A DNA stretch of 64,000 nucleotides from Octopus sinensis (taxonomy: Eukaryota): assembly GCF_006345805.1 (NCBI RefSeq), contig NC_043003.1:25358001-25422000 (forward strand), given 5' to 3'. Position 1 is the first letter of the stretch; every line of letters begins with the position of its first letter. Shown one piece after another: positions 59,331 to 64,000 of the stretch. Made by a program: the position numbers and the translations under genes. Below the pieces are notes generated by a model. It did not search any database and was not told the DNA's origin. It was given only the letters and a program-made list of their open reading frames with translations.

Positions 59331-59569
59331 TAAATTGGACATCATTCTTCTATGTTCAAGGTATGTCCCAACATGCCAAGGGTTATTTTGTTTTCACCCT
59401 TCCAAAGATCATAAAATAAATACCAGGCAAAGTATTAGAAATGTCATCAACTAAAATCCTTAAAGGCAGTGCTCCAGTATGGCCACAATCCTATTGTTGA
59501 AATAATCAGTAAAAGAATAAAATGTATGAACATACATGACATTAATACTGTGTCAGACAGTTGTAAATA

Positions 59570-61535
59570 TTTTTGTTCTTTGTTCACAACTTCCATTTAG
59601 TATTTTACATGCCTCAATAATATTTCTTCTCCCTGTGAAAACTTTTGGGACAATACAAAAAACTACTTCTAGAAATTGGTTTATCACAGATAACAAAATG
59701 GTATGGTTTCTCTCCTGTATGAGTATGTTTACGTTTAGACAAAGTACCGTTCATAAAAATATTTTGCTACATATATCACAGTGGTATGGTTTCTCCCCTG
59801 TGTGTGTTCACTTGTATTTAAATAAACTACTGCACACAGAATGACATATCACAATGGTATGATTTTTCTCTTGTGCAAGTACATTTGTGGAAAGATAAAC
59901 TACAGTATTAGGTGTAGGAGTGGCTGTGTGGCAAGTAGCTTGCTTACCAACCACATGGTTCCAAGTTCAGTCCCACTGCATGGCACCTTAGGTAAGTGTC
60001 TTCTACTATGGCCTTGGGCCGACCAAAGCCTTGAAACTGATAGATGGAAACTGTATGGAATCCTGCCATATATATTTGATCCCTACAAAGTATTTTTATG
60101 GATTTTTAATCCCTTTTTTCCCCTATATATATATATATATAGGGAAAAAAAGGGATTAAAAATCCATAAAAATACTTTGTAGGGATCAAATTTGGAAAAC
60201 TAAATTGCTAAAATTGTCCAGTGAAAGCCATTGTAATTGACGTTGACTGTAAAATTACTTTCAGCTGTATGCTTTTTCTCCTGTGTGAAAATGTTCATGG
60301 GTAGACAAGCTATTTTTAGAAAATGTTTTATCACAGAGATCACAATGGAATGGTTTTTCTCCTGCATGAGTACATTTATGGTTAGATAAATGTTTTGCCA
60401 CATAAATCAAAATGTTATAGTTTCTTTCTTGTGTGAGTTTGTGTTTAAATAAATTACAATGGACAGAAAATGGTTTGCCACTGATACTGCAACAATATGG
60501 TCTTTTTTTCTCTTTTATTGATTACATTAAAATAATCTGCTGTTGACAAAGGATGCTTTACCACACCATCACAGTGGTATGGTATATCATCGTCGTTTAA
60601 CGTCCGCTTTCCATGCTAGCATAGGTTGGACGATTTGATTGAGGTCTGGCAAACCAGATGGCTGCACCAGACTCCCAATATATGTTTGTGAATTTATAAG
60701 CCACCCATATCAGAAAACTTTTTACCACAGATATCACATTAGTATGTCTTTTCTCCTGTGAAAATTCTCATGTTATATAAGTTACATGCCTGAGAGAGTG
60801 TTTTGCCACAGATATCACAACAGTATAAATTTTCCTTTGAGTGAACAAGCCCATTACTAGTTCAACTACCATTTGTCACATACGTTTTATCACATATATC
60901 ACAGTGGTACAGTTTCTCTCCTGTATGAATACGTGTCAATATAAATGGCTAGCCAGAAGGAATGCTTTATCACAGATATCAGTGATAGGATATTTTTGTT
61001 GTATGAATATGCACATGGCAAAATTAAATTCACTTTGAGTGTGTTTTAACACAGATATTGCTTTCATATAACCAGTTTTCTTTTGTATGAATGCATATGT
61101 GGCTATATAATTTGCTAACCTCAAGAGAATGCTTTACCACAAATATCACAGTATTATGGCCTCTTTCCTACGTATATCACTATTACCAGTAAACCTTTTG
61201 CCACAAATATTACAGTTTATCACCTGTGTAAAAATACTTGCATGTACGTAAACTGCTCCCTTGTGAAAACTTTCTACCAAAGATATCACAATGACATGGT
61301 CTTCTTTCTGTGTTAAGTTGGTGATGATATAAAGGACTGTTTCTTGTAAAATTTTTGCTAAATTCTTTACATTGATAAAACTTTGACCCAGAGTGAAGTA
61401 ATTTATGTTGATTTAAATTATTTTTTGTTGTAAAAATGTTACTGGATTAGGATATATTTTTTATCCCTTCCTGTCTCCTGGGAGAATTCATTATTGTTCA
61501 CCAAGATGCTGTCTCTCATATGATTCTTCTTCCAT
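59570..61535 (-). pseudogene. Decayed C2H2-ZNF paralog of ZNF-2/ZNF-3 in inverted orientation
   Basis: Minus strand begins ATG GAA GAA GAA TCA TAT GAG (MEEESYE, compare MEEISYK). Reverse complement of cctcactctggatcaaagttttatcaatgtaa-like sequence lies at about 61365-61405. Many reversed tgtgatatctgtggtaaa and acaggagagaaacc motifs with stops and frameshifts. Interrupted by SINE (about 59911-60191) and RTE-tail (about 60585-60680) insertions. A homologous acceptor is present near 61908. Confidence 0.85.
60074..60191. repeat. 118-bp near-perfect palindrome centred on (TA)n
   Basis: ATTTGATCCCTACAAAGTATTTTTATGGATTTTTAATCCC... mirrored with a single mismatch. Confidence 0.9.
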
Positions 61536-63907
61536 TATGCTCTATTTTATCACAAAAACAAAATTATCATGTTTTTACTTTCCTAATCCTTGTGGGCACA
61601 TTTTCACAGTAATACACTAAAACAGTTCTACACCTCCAGATAACTGATATGAAAGAGCTGATATAAAATCCATCTGAAGCTAATTAGTTAACTTGAAAAG
61701 TTGACTAACTGACATTTGATGGTAGCTACTTGTTTTACCTTTTTTTTTTCTGACTGTAAATTGTAATTCAGAAGTCGTGTTTTACATTTTAACCAAGGAT
61801 TAGCAAATAATATCACAGCTATTCTTATATATAATTTATCTGTATTCTTCAAACAACAACTTCCATGACATATCTTGGATGAAAAAATTCTTCAAAATAA
61901 TTCCTGATGTTCTGAAATAAAAGAGAGTATACTATAAATGTCAACACAAAACTGTTAGAGATAAGAGACAATGAAAGTCAAAAAATATGAAATAAGAAGA
62001 GTATCTAGACACAGCTCTGCAGTTTGTCAAACAGCCCAACCCTTGTCAGCGTGGAAAATGGATATTAAATGATGAAGATGATGATCATCCACAGAGAAAA
62101 TACTAAGAAAAAAGTATGGCAGAATATACTAAACTCCTAATATCACAATCCCTCACATCTCACTTAGAGGTATACCAACTACATATTCACCCAAATGCTA
62201 TATCAGGTTATCAATCATCCCTCATAAATCCCAAGAAATTCAGTTCATAATGTCCATGGTCATATCAATTCCTGCCAGAATTTTTTTATCATTCTTGAGT
62301 TGAAAGACATCAGATGAGATTCACATTTTGAAAACCAAACAACTGCACATGACAAAAACGGTCTTCACATTACCAGATTACATTATGGCATATTCAAGGT
62401 ATTTCAAAAATTAATTTGGTTCAAAGTACCCCATTACACAGAATTCCCAATGAGGAGGAGTCTAAGTGGTCATTCAATTTGGTAGAAATAGCAACCAAAT
62501 CTCCTTACAATAATCAAAACCAAAGGAAGTCATATAGGACTATGTAGTCCAAAAGAAACTACATCTGAAATGATGAGATGGTTGTAGCTAGAAAGTCTTT
62601 GATAATAGGTCGGTTAACCCTTTAGTGTTTACATTATTCTGCCAAAATTAATCCCTTTTCATCCACATTGTTTTGAACTAATCATGCATTATCTTGTAGT
62701 ATGAGCTGTTAATTTTTAAAACGATATTGTAGGGTTGGTGTGAGAGACCAGATCTGGCCTGTTTGAACATAAAACAGGCAGAATACTTTTGGCCGGATAT
62801 GGCCGGTTTAAATAAAGGACTGAACAACAAAATAACTCTGCACATTTTGCAAAACATCCTCCCCTATTTTATAATCTGAATGTACCCAGCTGGTTGCTTT
62901 CATCGTTCTAGCAAGATATTTTGCCTTAGTTACCAACATTGATTAAAAAAAGGGACTAGTAGAGCCTCTGTCTGCTAGAAACAGCAACCAAACCTTGTTC
63001 AAATCATACTCTAGAAAGGACACATTGGATACACTCTACTTGGTGAATAAAGAAAGGATGATCTGGTACTAAATAACAGCAAATGAATACTCAAGTCAAC
63101 AAGAGATGTTCTGCGTGACAGTGCAACCTGTAGGATATTAGTAACCAAATCTCACCTAAATCACACCCTACAATCATATAATAGAAAGGATACATAAGAG
63201 ATTATATTCTCAGATAAGCTATGTCAAAAGGATGAGTAGAATGTTTATAGGTGCAGGAGTGGCTGTGTGGTAAGTAGCTTGCTTACCAACCACATGGTTT
63301 CGGGTTCAGTCCCACTACGTGGCACCTGGGGCAAGTGTCTTCTACTATAGCCTTGGGCCAACCAAAGCCTTATCAGTGGATTTGGTAGACAGAAACTGAA
63401 GGAAGCCCGTCGTATATATGTATATGTATGTGTGTCTGTGTTTGTCCCCCTACCATCGCTTGACAACCAATGGTGGTGTGTTTACTTCCCCGTAACTTAG
63501 CGTTTCGGCAAAAGAGACCGAACTTAACACACAGCCACTCCTATGCCTATGTTGAGTACTTTTCTTTCATGTGTACACATTTATGCATTATACAGGTATA
63601 TCATCGTTCCATTCTTGCATGAGTCAGACTGAATTTGTTGAGGTGGGTTTTCTATGTAGCCATTCTATCTTTCATTAAGACATAGTTTGCCTAGGACTAC
63701 ATTTTCCAATGTCTTTCCTTGTAAAGTGATTTGAGGGAGATTTGTACCATATAGAGCCAAGTGAGCAGAGCTGTAATAAAAAAATGTTCCAGCTTTGACC
63801 AGTAGGATCTGATTTAAGGAAAATTTGGCCACTATTTCAAGCAGGTAGAGTGTAGAGGCTGAAGTTTCATATAACAACCAACATCCATCTAATAGAAATA
63901 GCAGTTA

Positions 63908-64000
63908 AAGGTGGCGAGCTGGCAGAAGCATTAGCACGCCGGGCGAAATGCCTAGCAGTATTTCGTCTGTCTTTGCGTTCTGAGTTCAAATTCTGCCGAA
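63908..64000 (+). mobile_element. SINE family 1 copy cut by the window end
   Basis: GGTGGCGAGCTGGCAGAA...TTCTGAGTTCAAATTCTGCCGA. Confidence 0.85.

Overview
AT-rich eukaryotic (animal) genomic DNA, most likely a coleoid cephalopod (octopus). This is inferred from the tandem effector-less C2H2 zinc-finger genes and the repeat families, not from a database hit. The window is a C2H2-ZNF cluster with three intact single-exon CDSs (5321-6556 minus, 33266-35122 plus, 42316-44082 plus) and one decayed paralog (about 59570-61535 minus), set among SINEs, RTE relics, MITEs and microsatellites. Two composite structures stand out. (1) A U2 snRNA locus: a full-length U2 (20535-20725) and a 95-nt U2 5' fragment (30299-30393) associated with three decayed Tx1/L1-clade retrotransposons. 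One ends exactly at U2 +1 and begins with a near-copy of the U2 start site, and another starts about 100 bp after the full U2. This suggests targeting of the U2 transcription start, a different site from the internal U2 sites of the known Keno and Utopia families. (2) A 5.05-kb block (44176-49225) inserted cleanly into the 3' UTR of a ZNF gene. It holds two internally deleted R2-A-type retrotransposons with 28S rRNA target-site flanks and a relic HDV-like ribozyme, far from any rDNA unit. Boundaries of decayed repeats are approximate because all alignments were done by eye. No CRISPR array, tRNA gene or complete rRNA gene was seen.
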